Assembly: GCA_963733035.1 (NCBI GenBank)
Contig: CAVTBU010000006.1
Span: 416,001 to 480,000 of the forward strand
Length of the DNA: 64,000 nucleotides
Origin: Pirellulales bacterium
GTDB taxonomy: Bacteria > Planctomycetota > Planctomycetia > Pirellulales > PALSA-1355
Direction of reading: 5' to 3'
The notes beneath the pieces were generated by a model, which had not been told where the DNA came from, did not search any database, and saw only the letters and a program-made list of their open reading frames with translations. Positions 34,744 to 44,141 of the stretch are shown here, piece after piece. Positions within the stretch are counted from its first letter, which is position 1. The number at the start of each line of letters is the position of its first letter. Position numbers and translations under genes: made by a program.

Positions 34744-35313
34744 ATGCAGCCCAGTCCAAGATTCTCCGCAGCGCTCGCCTACGCCTCCGAACTGCACGCC
34801 CGTCAACGGCGAAAACGGACAGAAGTTCCCTACGTGGCCCACCTGTTGGCCGTCACGTCCATCGTGCTGGAGCACGGCGGTAGTGAAGACGAAGCGATCG
34901 CCGCCCTGTTACACGACGCGGTGGAAGATCAGGGAGGCGCGCCGCGGCTAGCGGAGATCCGCCAGCGGTTTGGTGCGGCGGTCGCCGACATCGTCGACGG
35001 CTGCACCGATGCCGATATCACCCCCAAGCCGCCCTGGCGCGAGCGCAAGGACAAATACCTCGCGCATCTGCCCACCGCCAGCCGTTCCGTACAGCTCGTT
35101 TCGGCAGCCGATAAGTTGCACAACGTTCGATCGCTTTGCGAGGACTATCGCGTCAGCGGCGAAGACGTATGGCAGCGTTTCAATGGCGGCCGGGAGGGAA
35201 CGCTGTGGTACTACCGCGCCGTGCTCCAGCGTCTCGACAAGCTCGAGGGCACACCGCTAATCGCGCAGTTGACCCGCGCCATCGAAGAAATCGAGCGGTT
35301 GTCCGGGCGTTAA
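34744..35313 (+). CDS. HD-domain protein, small (p)ppGpp hydrolase (Mesh1/SAH-like)
   Basis: HARQRRK...PYVAH, ALLHDAVED, ADKLHN. Confidence 0.88.
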   Translation: MQPSPRFSAALAYASELHARQRRKRTEVPYVAHLLAVTSIVLEHGGSEDEAIAALLHDAVEDQGGAPRLAEIRQRFGAAVADIVDGCTDADITPKPPWRERKDKYLAHLPTASRSVQLVSAADKLHNVRSLCEDYRVSGEDVWQRFNGGREGTLWYYRAVLQRLDKLEGTPLIAQLTRAIEEIERLSGR

Positions 35314-35338
35314 TTCCGTCGGGCATCCATACACGCGC

Positions 35339-35368
35339 TTGAAATCGGGCCAGCCCTAGTGCTAGTTT
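35339..35368 (+). promoter_or_regulatory. Putative sigma70 promoter at the head of the phage-like cluster
   Basis: TTGAAA-N18-TAGTTT with TGn extended -10. Confidence 0.45.
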
Positions 35369-35384
35369 GCCTTTTGTTGATGAC

Positions 35385-35462
35385 GGGTATCGGCAGAGCC
35401 TGAGCGCGACTCAGGTATCCCAAGGGCCCCTTGCTGGTTTTTTTCCAGCAGGGGCCTTTTTT
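35385..35462 (+). promoter_or_regulatory. Structured leader copy 1: conserved box, hairpin and intrinsic terminator
   Basis: GGGTATC-GGCA-GAGCCTGAG-cgcga-CTCAGGT, then GGCCCCTTGCTGG-T7-CCAGCAGGGGCC-T6; same architecture at 44040. Confidence 0.75.
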
Positions 35463-35474
35463 ATTGGGGCAGGC

Positions 35475-36053
35475 ATGATGGCAAGTTCAGATTTGAGATG
35501 CGTCTCCTATCACGATGTGCGCAATCAGATTTGCGACGGCGACCTGCTGTTGTATCGCCGCCGGGGACTGATTTCGATCGCCGGACGCGGCGACCACTCG
35601 CACGCCGCCAAGGCCGCCTGGTGGCGAGACGATCTTTTTTGTCTGGAAGTCCGCGAACTGCACGGAGGACGGGCCGTCACCCTCTCCAGCCAGGTGAGCC
35701 GATTCCCAGGGCACATCGACGTCTACGAAGTGAATCCCGACAACCGCTGGCCGTATTACGATCGCACGGCCGCTTGTGCCGTGATGCGGCGGCTGGCCGG
35801 CTGCCCGTACGGATATGCCGGCGTCGCCGCGGCGGCACTATTGCACTTGCCAGTCGTGCGGCTATTCACCCAGGCCGACGTGCATGATGCCGCGGCATCG
35901 GGCCGCCCTCCGTTTTGCAGCCAGGCATGCGCGATGAGCGACCGCATCGGTGGCGGCGTGGACCCGGTGCCTCACCTGGCGGACCGTCTGACATTGCCGG
36001 CCGATCTGGCACGTAGCCCTTTCTATCGTTACCGCTTTACCCTCACGGCTTGA
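35475..36053 (+). CDS. Permuted papain-like (YiiX/YaeF, NlpC/P60 superfamily) amidase/peptidase
   Basis: GDLLLY, SHAA (His before Cys), GCPY, FCSQ, TLPADL. Confidence 0.7.
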   Translation: MMASSDLRCVSYHDVRNQICDGDLLLYRRRGLISIAGRGDHSHAAKAAWWRDDLFCLEVRELHGGRAVTLSSQVSRFPGHIDVYEVNPDNRWPYYDRTAACAVMRRLAGCPYGYAGVAAAALLHLPVVRLFTQADVHDAAASGRPPFCSQACAMSDRIGGGVDPVPHLADRLTLPADLARSPFYRYRFTLTA

Positions 36054-36056
36054 TCC

Positions 36057-37313
36057 ATGCGACAAATCTCTTTGCTTTTGATCGCTTTGTGCGCGCTCGC
36101 GTTGGTTGATGGAACGTCGGGACAGGCGCGGGCAGTGGATTGCCCGACAGGCAGTTGTCCACTGCAGCCACCGTCTTCGCCAGCTGAAGTCGCCGTCGAC
36201 GCGCGGCCCATTGCACGGATTGAAAACACAACGCCTGCCGCCCGTGCGTATGGTACGGGAACGCTCGTCGACGTCGACGACGACCGAGGACTCGTCGTAA
36301 CCTGCGCTCATCTGTTTCGCGAAGGGGTGGGGACGGTGCGCGTCAGCTTTCCGAACCGCCCGGCGCAAACCGCCCGCGTGTTAAAGGCCGATCACAATGC
36401 CGACCTGGCAGCGCTCGCGATTCCGCCGTTGGAACTCCGGCCAGTGGAAGTTGCCCAGCAGTTCCCGCAGCGCGGCGACATGCTCGTTTCCTGCGGTTAT
36501 GGCGGTGATGGACGGCTGTGGTCTAACCGTGGGCAGGCGCTCGGGTATGTGACCACCGTCGGCAGTTACGGTCGCGAAACGTTGGAGCTGAGCGGCAGTG
36601 CTCGCTTGGGCGATTCGGGTGGTCCGGTGCTCGACGGCAATGGTTACCTGGTGGCCGTGTTGTTTGGAACTGATGGCCGCGTCGTGGATGCCACGTTTTG
36701 CGGCCGCGTGCGAAAGTTCCTCGCCGGCCTCTCGCCTCGATTCGGGCAAGCTCCCAACAGCGATGCGTCGGCATCGAACGACGAGCCTCGCGAAAAACTG
36801 GAAGACGTGCCACCCCGGATTCTGCGGCCGCAACGTTCCCCGCGCGAACAGAATCCAGCCGACGCCGACCCGCTGGCCAAAGCGGCAGACGCGGTAACCG
36901 ACGCCGCCGCGCCCTGGCTCACGGCGAAACTCACGGGGCTGCTCGTGTCTCTGGGAGTTCCCGGCGGAATCGCGGGCGTCGCCGGCGGAGGGCTCGTGTG
37001 GCTGGTCATGCGGCGCGGCAAGAAGCAACTACGAGCGGAAATCGATCGACTCAAAGCTCGCGCCGAGCAGGTACCACCGAACAGCCCGGCCAGCGATTCG
37101 ACTGGCGTACTTGCGTCGAGCACGGCCGGGAGCGTCGTTGAGCGACATCACAACCGTTATGTGGCGTACGAAGCCGGCTCGGTCGACAAGGCCTGGGCGG
37201 CTGCGCACGCCCGGGTCGGCGAGAAGTATCCCGGCGCCGTCCCGTATTTGAAGATCGTCGAAGGGGTCAAAGACCAACTTCTTTCGGGCATCGAAGAACC
37301 ACTTATTTCCTAA
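36057..37313 (+). CDS. Trypsin-like serine protease with signal peptide and C-terminal TM
   Basis: GTGTLV, TCAH, DLAAL, GDSGGP triad motifs; Gly-rich TM followed by RRGKK. Confidence 0.88.
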   Translation: MRQISLLLIALCALALVDGTSGQARAVDCPTGSCPLQPPSSPAEVAVDARPIARIENTTPAARAYGTGTLVDVDDDRGLVVTCAHLFREGVGTVRVSFPNRPAQTARVLKADHNADLAALAIPPLELRPVEVAQQFPQRGDMLVSCGYGGDGRLWSNRGQALGYVTTVGSYGRETLELSGSARLGDSGGPVLDGNGYLVAVLFGTDGRVVDATFCGRVRKFLAGLSPRFGQAPNSDASASNDEPREKLEDVPPRILRPQRSPREQNPADADPLAKAADAVTDAAAPWLTAKLTGLLVSLGVPGGIAGVAGGGLVWLVMRRGKKQLRAEIDRLKARAEQVPPNSPASDSTGVLASSTAGSVVERHHNRYVAYEAGSVDKAWAAAHARVGEKYPGAVPYLKIVEGVKDQLLSGIEEPLIS

Positions 37314-37328
37314 AGGAGAAGTTTACAC

Positions 37329-38189
37329 ATGAGCACCACGCAGCCGATGTTCACCACCGATGAAATCCTTTGGTACGACAACGGGAAATGGGGCGAAGCC
37401 GGATACGCTATCGCCAACCCCAACGGGAAGATATGGACCGCGAATAGCGTAATTTTTCAATTTCACAGCCTGGTTGGCCGCAACATGTTCGAGTTGATGC
37501 ACCGCACCGACGTGCGGTTCTACGGTCCGCCGCACAAACAGTTCTGGTACGACCTGCACCAGCTCATCGTCACCGCCCGCAAGCGGCTGGCCGATCGCCA
37601 GCGGTTGCCGAACGACTCGAACGGGCTGGTCGTCGAACATGCCTCGCCGGCTCCACAGGTATTCATCGCCTGGCCGATTCCGTTCTTCGGCGATCGTGTT
37701 CGCCAGCCCGACATCCGGGAGTACGCCCAGCTCGCGCTGTTGATGCTCTCGGAGATGATGCAGCACAGCGAGAACGAGCTGCCCACGTATATCACCGACA
37801 GTTTCGCGGCCAAGATCGGTCAGTATCTTCGCGAAATTCTGGCGCTCATGGCCACCAAGTACTTCGGCTACACGCGCACCCAGGCCTACGACCCGGCATT
37901 CGCGCTGCAGGACACGGATTTCGCGAACTACGATCCCTCGAAGGTGATGACCAGCGTTGAGATGACCGAGGAGCGTCCGCCAGTGCAGTGGTGGCCGACC
38001 GAATCCGACCTGACGGCGATTCGGGCGATTCCCTACAACGAGGCGATCGTGCTTTCCAAGCGCTGGCCAGCCACGGCTTTGTTGGGTAGCGAAACGTTCG
38101 CGCCTGCGACGTCGAGCGCCGCGGCAACTTCGCCCGGAACCGCGCCGGCCAGCGCCGCCTTCGTCGCTCCGCCCGGACAGGCTCCGTGA
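37329..38189 (+). CDS. Hypothetical protein
   Basis: AAAGGAG RBS, 286-aa intact ORF, no recognised family. Confidence 0.8.
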   Translation: MSTTQPMFTTDEILWYDNGKWGEAGYAIANPNGKIWTANSVIFQFHSLVGRNMFELMHRTDVRFYGPPHKQFWYDLHQLIVTARKRLADRQRLPNDSNGLVVEHASPAPQVFIAWPIPFFGDRVRQPDIREYAQLALLMLSEMMQHSENELPTYITDSFAAKIGQYLREILALMATKYFGYTRTQAYDPAFALQDTDFANYDPSKVMTSVEMTEERPPVQWWPTESDLTAIRAIPYNEAIVLSKRWPATALLGSETFAPATSSAAATSPGTAPASAAFVAPPGQAP

Positions 38190-38220
38190 TCATCATTTTC
38201 GTCGAGGAGAATCAGCAGCC

Positions 38221-38472
38221 ATGGCTTTTCCGGAGTGGAGTTTCATTGTGGGGGCGGCGCTTTCGGTTGCCCTCACGGCAGGACCTTGGATGTTCAAAGT
38301 GCATGCCAAGCTGGCAGTGATCGCCAGCAAGATCATCGACCTGTGCGAGAAGCTCGACCGCACGCAAGACGAGCATCGTCGACTGTGGGAAGTCTGCAGT
38401 CGCCACGAGTCGCGGCTCGACACGCACGACGTGCAGCTCTCGCACATCGCCGAGAGGCTGCGCGGCGACTGA
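38221..38472 (+). CDS. Small single-TM coiled-coil protein (holin/XhlA-like candidate)
   Basis: GAGGAG RBS; N-terminal hydrophobic helix followed by heptad region. Confidence 0.55.
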   Translation: MAFPEWSFIVGAALSVALTAGPWMFKVHAKLAVIASKIIDLCEKLDRTQDEHRRLWEVCSRHESRLDTHDVQLSHIAERLRGD

Positions 38473-38505
38473 TATCGCGCCAGGTACCAACCACTGGAGT
38501 TTCTC

Positions 38506-39063
38506 ATGCAAATTCGCGATCGAATTCGAGAGTTTCGTCGAGTGCGCGCCGATACGTTACGTCCGCACCCGCGCAATTGGCGCACGCATCCCCGCGCACA
38601 GCAGGAAGCTGTGCGCGGCGTACTGGCCGAGATCGGCTATGCCGACGCCCTCTTAGCCCGCGAACTGCCGGATGGCTCGCTGCAACTCATCGACGGCCAC
38701 CTGCGCGCAGAACTTACTCCCGACGCGTTGGTGCCGGTGTTGGTGCTGGACGTCAATGAAGACGAGGCGCTGAAGCTGCTGGTTACGGTTGACCCGCTGG
38801 CTGCCCAGGCCGAAACGGATGCTGCCATGCTGCGGGGACTGTTGGACGAAGTGCATACCGACAACCAGGCCGTGGCCGCGCTGCTCGCGTCGCTGGCCGA
38901 AGGAAATCCGCTGGACGGAACACTCGATGATCCCGCGCCCGAAGACCTCATCGTGCCGGCCAGCTTTCAGGTCGTCGTGCAGTGCACAGACGAGGATGAG
39001 CAACGCGAGGTCTACGAACGGATGAGGTCTGAGGGGTTCAAGTGTCGCGTTCTTTCATTGTGA
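38506..39063 (+). CDS. ParB/Srx N-terminal domain protein
   Basis: LRPHPRNWRTH, LAEIGY, LIDGHLR. Confidence 0.85.
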   Translation: MQIRDRIREFRRVRADTLRPHPRNWRTHPRAQQEAVRGVLAEIGYADALLARELPDGSLQLIDGHLRAELTPDALVPVLVLDVNEDEALKLLVTVDPLAAQAETDAAMLRGLLDEVHTDNQAVAALLASLAEGNPLDGTLDDPAPEDLIVPASFQVVVQCTDEDEQREVYERMRSEGFKCRVLSL

Positions 39064-39070
39064 GTCAGAC

Positions 39071-40178
39071 ATGCCTGTAGTCGAAGCAACCGTTAGTTGT
39101 CCGCTGTACGATTCGTTTCGCGTACAGCAGGTGGCGGGCATGTTCGACGTGCCGCTCGAAGAGCGACCGGCGCAGTCGTTTGCCGTGGACGTGCCCGATG
39201 TGGACGAAGACTGGCAAATCGGTTTGATTGTCGGTCCCTCGGGAAGCGGCAAAACGACGATCGCCCGGCGCGCGCTTGGCAAGTACCTGTGCGATGAACC
39301 CCAATGGCCGACGAACCGGGCCGTCGTCGACTGCTTCGGGCGCTCACGGCGAAGCAAATCACCGGGCTATTGACGGCGGTTGGATTCGGCTCTCCGCCGG
39401 CCTGGGTGCGGCCCTACCGGGTACTCAGCCGCGGAGAACAATTCCGCTGCGACCTGGCACGCGCACTCGGCGTTGCCATGGAGCAAGGCGCTCGCAAACC
39501 GCAGCGCTTCCGCCGCTGGTCGTCTTCGATGAATTCACTAGCGTGGTCGATCGCAATGTCGCGCAAATCGGTTCGGCCGCGATTGCGAAGTCGATTCGCG
39601 GAGGCCGCCTTCCCGGCCGTTTCGTGGCGGTCACCTGTCACTACGACGTCGCCAACTGGCTCGAGCCCGACTGGGTGGTCGACATGGCAACGCGCACCTG
39701 CTCGCGGAGGCGTCTTCGGCGACCGCCCATTGAACTTGAGCTGCACCGCTGCCATCGGCACCTCTGGACGTTGTTTGCGCCGCATCACTATTTGAGCGGA
39801 GCTCTCAGTCCGGGGGCGCATTGCTATGCGGCCTGGTGGCAGGGGCGGCCAGTCTCGTTTTGCGCCACGCTGCCCGTCATCGGCCGCAGAAATCATTGGA
39901 GAATCTCGCGCATCGTGACGCTGCCCGACTATCAGGGCGTGGGCATCGGCATGCAGGTGGCCGAGGCGGTGTGCCAGCTCTATCGCGCGGCTGGCTGCCG
40001 CATGAACGTGACGGCCAGCCACCCGGCCATGATCGCCCATTGCACGCGCTCGCCGCGATGGCGCACCGTGCGCGTGCTGCGCTCGGGTGCCGGCGAAACG
40101 CGACATTTTGTGCGCAGCTACCGTAGTTCGGCAGGGCGGAGCGTGGTGTCCTTCGAGTATCTGGGAAATCGACCGTGA
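39071..40178 (+). CDS. ABC-type ATPase fused to GNAT acetyltransferase, frameshifts near 39340 and 39505
   Basis: [61 protein letters not shown], spread over three frames. Confidence 0.85.
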
Positions 40179-40648
40179 GCGAGCGCAACGAACCGGGCCG
40201 GCCGCCGGTCCTCGACGACGTCAAGAAGGGCATGATTTGCGCCGTGCTGGCGATGGGAGGCACGCGTGTCACGGCCGCGGCCTACGTCGGCTGCCATCCC
40301 GACACGATTCGCAAGACCGAGCTGCGCGACGAGGAATTCGCCCAGAACCTCGAACAGGCAGAGTCAAAGCACGAGGTGTCGCAACTTGCCTATATCAGCA
40401 GCGCCGGCAAGGAAAGCCGACACTGGCGAGCCGCGGCCTGGGCGCTGGAGCGACGCTATCCCGGCCGCTATGGCCAACGACGCCCGGAGTTATTTACGCT
40501 CGACCAGGTATCTCACGTGGTGACCCAATTCGCCAGCGTGATTCTCGATGAAGTGACCGACAGCGTGCAGCGCGAACGTATCCTGGCGCGGCTGACCGTC
40601 TTGTCGGCCAGCCTGCAATCCACGGCCCTCGCGGGAGACAATTCATGA
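40175..40648 (+). CDS. Probable terminase small subunit (N-terminal HTH)
   Basis: GRPP start, AAAYVGCHPDTI HTH, WRAAAWALERRYP; overlaps the large-terminase start. Confidence 0.7.
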   Translation: MSERNEPGRPPVLDDVKKGMICAVLAMGGTRVTAAAYVGCHPDTIRKTELRDEEFAQNLEQAESKHEVSQLAYISSAGKESRHWRAAAWALERRYPGRYGQRRPELFTLDQVSHVVTQFASVILDEVTDSVQRERILARLTVLSASLQSTALAGDNS

Positions 40649-42255
40649 AACTCACCGCCACTTGGAATCGCGAAGGCATTCGCACCGATGCCTGGGCCGA
40701 ACTTGCCTTGCATCTCAGGGCTTGCGTGGCTCGCCGCGTGCGCTGTGAGGGGCGCGACAACCTGCCGCTGCTCGACTGGGGCCGCCGCTACCTGCCGCAC
40801 TATTTCCAAAAGCCCCCCTCGGGCATGCACCAATGGCTGGCCGAACGGCTGGATACGATGACCACCGAGCGCGGCACGAAGCTCAATGCCATTGGGCCGC
40901 GCGGTGGTGCCAAAAGCACGATCGGCACGTTGACCTACGCCCTCCGTGCGGCCGTCGAAGGCTGGGAGCCCTACATTTGGATCGTCTCCGATACCAAACA
41001 GCAAGCGCGCGGACATCTGGAGAACCTCAAGCTCGAACTGACGACCAATAAACTGCTCGCCGACGACTATCCCGCGTCCACCGGCAAGGGTTCCACCTGG
41101 CGCGTCAACGTGGTTCGCCTGAACAACGGGGTCACGATCGAAGCCTTGGGCACGGGCCAGCGTCTGCGCGGAAAACGAAGCGGTGCCAATCGTCCGACGC
41201 TTATCGTGTGCGATGACTTGCAGAATGACGATCACATGCGCTCGGCTATGGCACGCGAGAACTCGTTGCGGTGGTTCGAAGGCGCGTTGCTCAAGTCTGG
41301 CACGCCGCAGACGAACGTCGTCAACCTGGCCACGGCACTCCACCGCGATGCCCTGGCGCTCAAGCTCGATCGCACGCCCGGTTGGACATCGCAAGTGTTC
41401 CAGGCAATCCGCCGCTGGCCCGACAACATGAGCCTGTGGCATGAGTGGGAGCGGATCTACTGCAATCTGGAAGGTGGAGATTCGCCAGCCGCCGCGCGTG
41501 CGTTCTACGAGCGCAACCGCACGGCCATGGACGAGGGGGCCGAATTGTTGTGGCCCGAACTCGAAGACCTCTACACGCTGATGCGGATGCGGGTGGAAGG
41601 TGGACGTACCGCGTTCGAGCGCGAGAAGCAGGGTTCACCACTCAGTCCCGACGCCTGCGAGTGGCCGGCCGACTACTTCGACGAGCACGTGTGGTTCGAC
41701 CGGTGGCCCAGCGACTTGAGGCTCAAAGTCATGGCGCTCGACCCGAGCAAGGGGCGCGACTCCCGGCGGGGCGACTACTCGGCCTTCGTGCTGCTGGGCG
41801 TGGACCGCGACGGGGTGCTCTACGTCGACGCGGACCTCGCGCGACGCCCGACGCCCGAGATGGTGGCCACCGGCGTCGAACTCTGCCGGGTATTTCGTCC
41901 GGACGCGTTTGGCGTCGAGACTAATCAGTTCCAGGAATTGTTGTCCGACGAGTTCGCCGCGGAGTTTCAGCGACAGGAAATGGTCGACGTGCATCCCTGG
42001 GGCATCGACAACCGGGTGAACAAGCCCGTGCGGATCCGGCGGCTTGGCCCCTTTCTCTCGAGTCGCAGGCTGCGATTCAAGAGCGACTCACCGGGTACGC
42101 GACTGCTGCTCGAACAGCTGCAGGAATTTCCGGCCGCCGATCATGACGACGGACCCGACGCGCTGGAGATGGCAATCCGACTGGCGGGAGAACTCCTGGG
42201 CGGTACGGCAGTGGGCGACAGCCTGGGCGATCGGATACCCGTGGGGGCGGGGTAG
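40645..42255 (+). CDS. Terminase large subunit
   Basis: PRGGAKST Walker A, LIVCDD Walker B, FEREKQG, nuclease ALDPSKG...DYSA, VETNQFQ, HDDGPDA. Confidence 0.93.
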   Translation: MKLTATWNREGIRTDAWAELALHLRACVARRVRCEGRDNLPLLDWGRRYLPHYFQKPPSGMHQWLAERLDTMTTERGTKLNAIGPRGGAKSTIGTLTYALRAAVEGWEPYIWIVSDTKQQARGHLENLKLELTTNKLLADDYPASTGKGSTWRVNVVRLNNGVTIEALGTGQRLRGKRSGANRPTLIVCDDLQNDDHMRSAMARENSLRWFEGALLKSGTPQTNVVNLATALHRDALALKLDRTPGWTSQVFQAIRRWPDNMSLWHEWERIYCNLEGGDSPAAARAFYERNRTAMDEGAELLWPELEDLYTLMRMRVEGGRTAFEREKQGSPLSPDACEWPADYFDEHVWFDRWPSDLRLKVMALDPSKGRDSRRGDYSAFVLLGVDRDGVLYVDADLARRPTPEMVATGVELCRVFRPDAFGVETNQFQELLSDEFAAEFQRQEMVDVHPWGIDNRVNKPVRIRRLGPFLSSRRLRFKSDSPGTRLLLEQLQEFPAADHDDGPDALEMAIRLAGELLGGTAVGDSLGDRIPVGAG

Positions 42256-42336
42256 GGGGATGGCAAAAGTCAGAGGGATGAAGGAGGAGAGATACGGAAT
42301 TACTCGCCTTGAAGTCAAGATCATGAGGAGTTTGTG

Positions 42337-43811
42337 ATGAGTAGCAACGGCGTAGTGGAACGTGACGTATCCGAGCGGTTGAACCGTCGATTGGCCGAGG
42401 CCTGGCAAAGTCTGTGGGATAACTTTGTCGATCCGCGAGAGTCGCTCTCTGATGATGGCGGCGATTGGATCGAGCTGGGAGCCGGTGGCGGAGCGACCAC
42501 GGCATCGTTGCCCTTCGGCAATGAGCAGGAGCTTCGTGAGATCCGCACGCAGTGCCGGGCTCTTGCGGTCGGAAACGAGTTCGCGATCAACGGACACGAG
42601 AACCGCATCAGCTTTCTGGTAGGCGCGGGACATACGTATCGCGCTGCTGTGAAGAAGGGGCGGGCGGCTTCCGACGAGTTGGCGAGCCGCGTGCAGGAGG
42701 TGTTGGATCGGTTCATTGCCGAAAACCGGTGGCACCGCCGCCAGCAGGAGATTGTCCGCCGCTACGATCGCGACGGAGAAGTGTTTCTACGTCTGTTCGC
42801 CACGGACGATGGCCAGACGCGTGTTCGTTTCGTCGAGCCTGGGCAGGTGGCCACGCCCAAGGAACTGGTAGGCGACGCGTCTGCGAGCTTCGGCATTCAA
42901 ACTGAGCCCGATGACGTGGAGACGCCCCTGTACTACTACATCGACGGCCGGCCGGTCGACGCTGCCGACGTGCAGCATCGCAAGGCAAACGCCGACGCGA
43001 ACGTCAAACGCGGGTTGCCCCTGTTCTATCCCGTGCGAAAGAACTTGCGACGCGCCGAGAAGCTGCTGCGCAACATGAGCGTCGTGGCAGAGATTCAGTC
43101 GGCGATCGCGTTGGTCAGAAAACATCGCGGCGCAACGCGTGCCAGCGTGCAGCAGTTCGCTTCGTCACAGGCCGACGTCAGCGTCACGTCGCCGGCGACC
43201 GGCCAGACGACCAACTATCGCCGGTTCGGACCGGGCACCATTCTCGACAGCCACGGTGGAATCGAATACGACTTTCCGACCGCGGGGCTCGACGCCGGCA
43301 ACTTCGTGACGATCTTGCAGGCCGAGCTCGCGCGATTGCCAGCCGACTGGTGATGCCTGAGTTCATGCTTACGTCGGATGCTTCGAACTCCAACTATGCT
43401 TCGACGATGGTGGCCGAGGGGCCGGCGATGCGGATGTTTGCCCGCTCGCAGGCCGAACTGGTGCACGACGACTTGTGCGTGATGCACCGCGTGCTGGAGA
43501 ACGCCGTGATCGCCGGTCTGTTGCCGCGTGAAGCGCTGACGCAAATCGAAATTCAGGCCGCACCGCCAACGCTGGCCGTTCGCGACCCGCTAGAAGAAGC
43601 GCAGGCGTTTCGCATCGAGTTCGAATCCGGCATTCTCTCGCCGCAAACTTGGAGCCAGCGGCGAGGCCTGGACTACGACCAGGAACAGACCAACTGGCGG
43701 CAAGCAAGGGACCGCGCCGCGCATGCTCCCGCGCCGCGAAAAAAAATTCCGCGACCGGCGAAAATGGAAATTGAAATCGGGCCAGCACTCCGGGTAACTT
43801 CGGAATCATGA
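42337..43811 (+). CDS. Portal protein, frameshift near 43335
   Basis: LREIRTQCRAL, RDGEVFLR, KRGLP; continues PEFMLTSDASNSNYAS...GILSPQT...GLDYDQE; position after terminase. Confidence 0.88.
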
Positions 43812-43990
43812 CAAGCAAACGGCATTCATCCGCAAACCAAACCAAAGTCGCCCGCGTGCGAGCCGCCTGTGACCAGCTGCTCGACGAAGTGCTGCGGGAA
43901 GGTTTTCACGGGGCTGCCAAAGTGGAGCTGATCATCGCCGACGGCACGATCCAGCGGATCAGCCGCACGGTGGAACGAATCGACAAGTAG
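43808..43990 (+). CDS. 60-aa small protein, DUF2292/YezD-like pattern
   Basis: ATGA overlap with portal stop; GFHGAAKVELIIADGTIQRISRTVER resembles the FG-x-V-x-I-x-DG-x-I-Q-I pattern. Confidence 0.6.
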   Translation: MTSKRHSSANQTKVARVRAACDQLLDEVLREGFHGAAKVELIIADGTIQRISRTVERIDK

Positions 43991-44039
43991 CACGAGCGGA
44001 ACGGGGGAGCGTGGAAACGCTGCCGGCCATTCGTGCGAA

Positions 44040-44119
44040 GGGTATCTCGACGAGCCTGCCAGGGGCGGGTTTCATTGCGGGCCCATTTGCCGGTGCATCC
44101 GGCAGATGGGCCTTTTTTT
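44040..44119 (+). promoter_or_regulatory. Structured leader copy 2: conserved box, hairpin and intrinsic terminator
   Basis: GGGTATC-TCGAC-GAGCCTGCC-agg-GGCGGGTTT, then GGCCCATTTGCCGG-tgcat-CCGGCAGATGGGCC-T7. Confidence 0.75.
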
Positions 44120-44141
44120 GTCTGACAAGGAAACCAAAACG

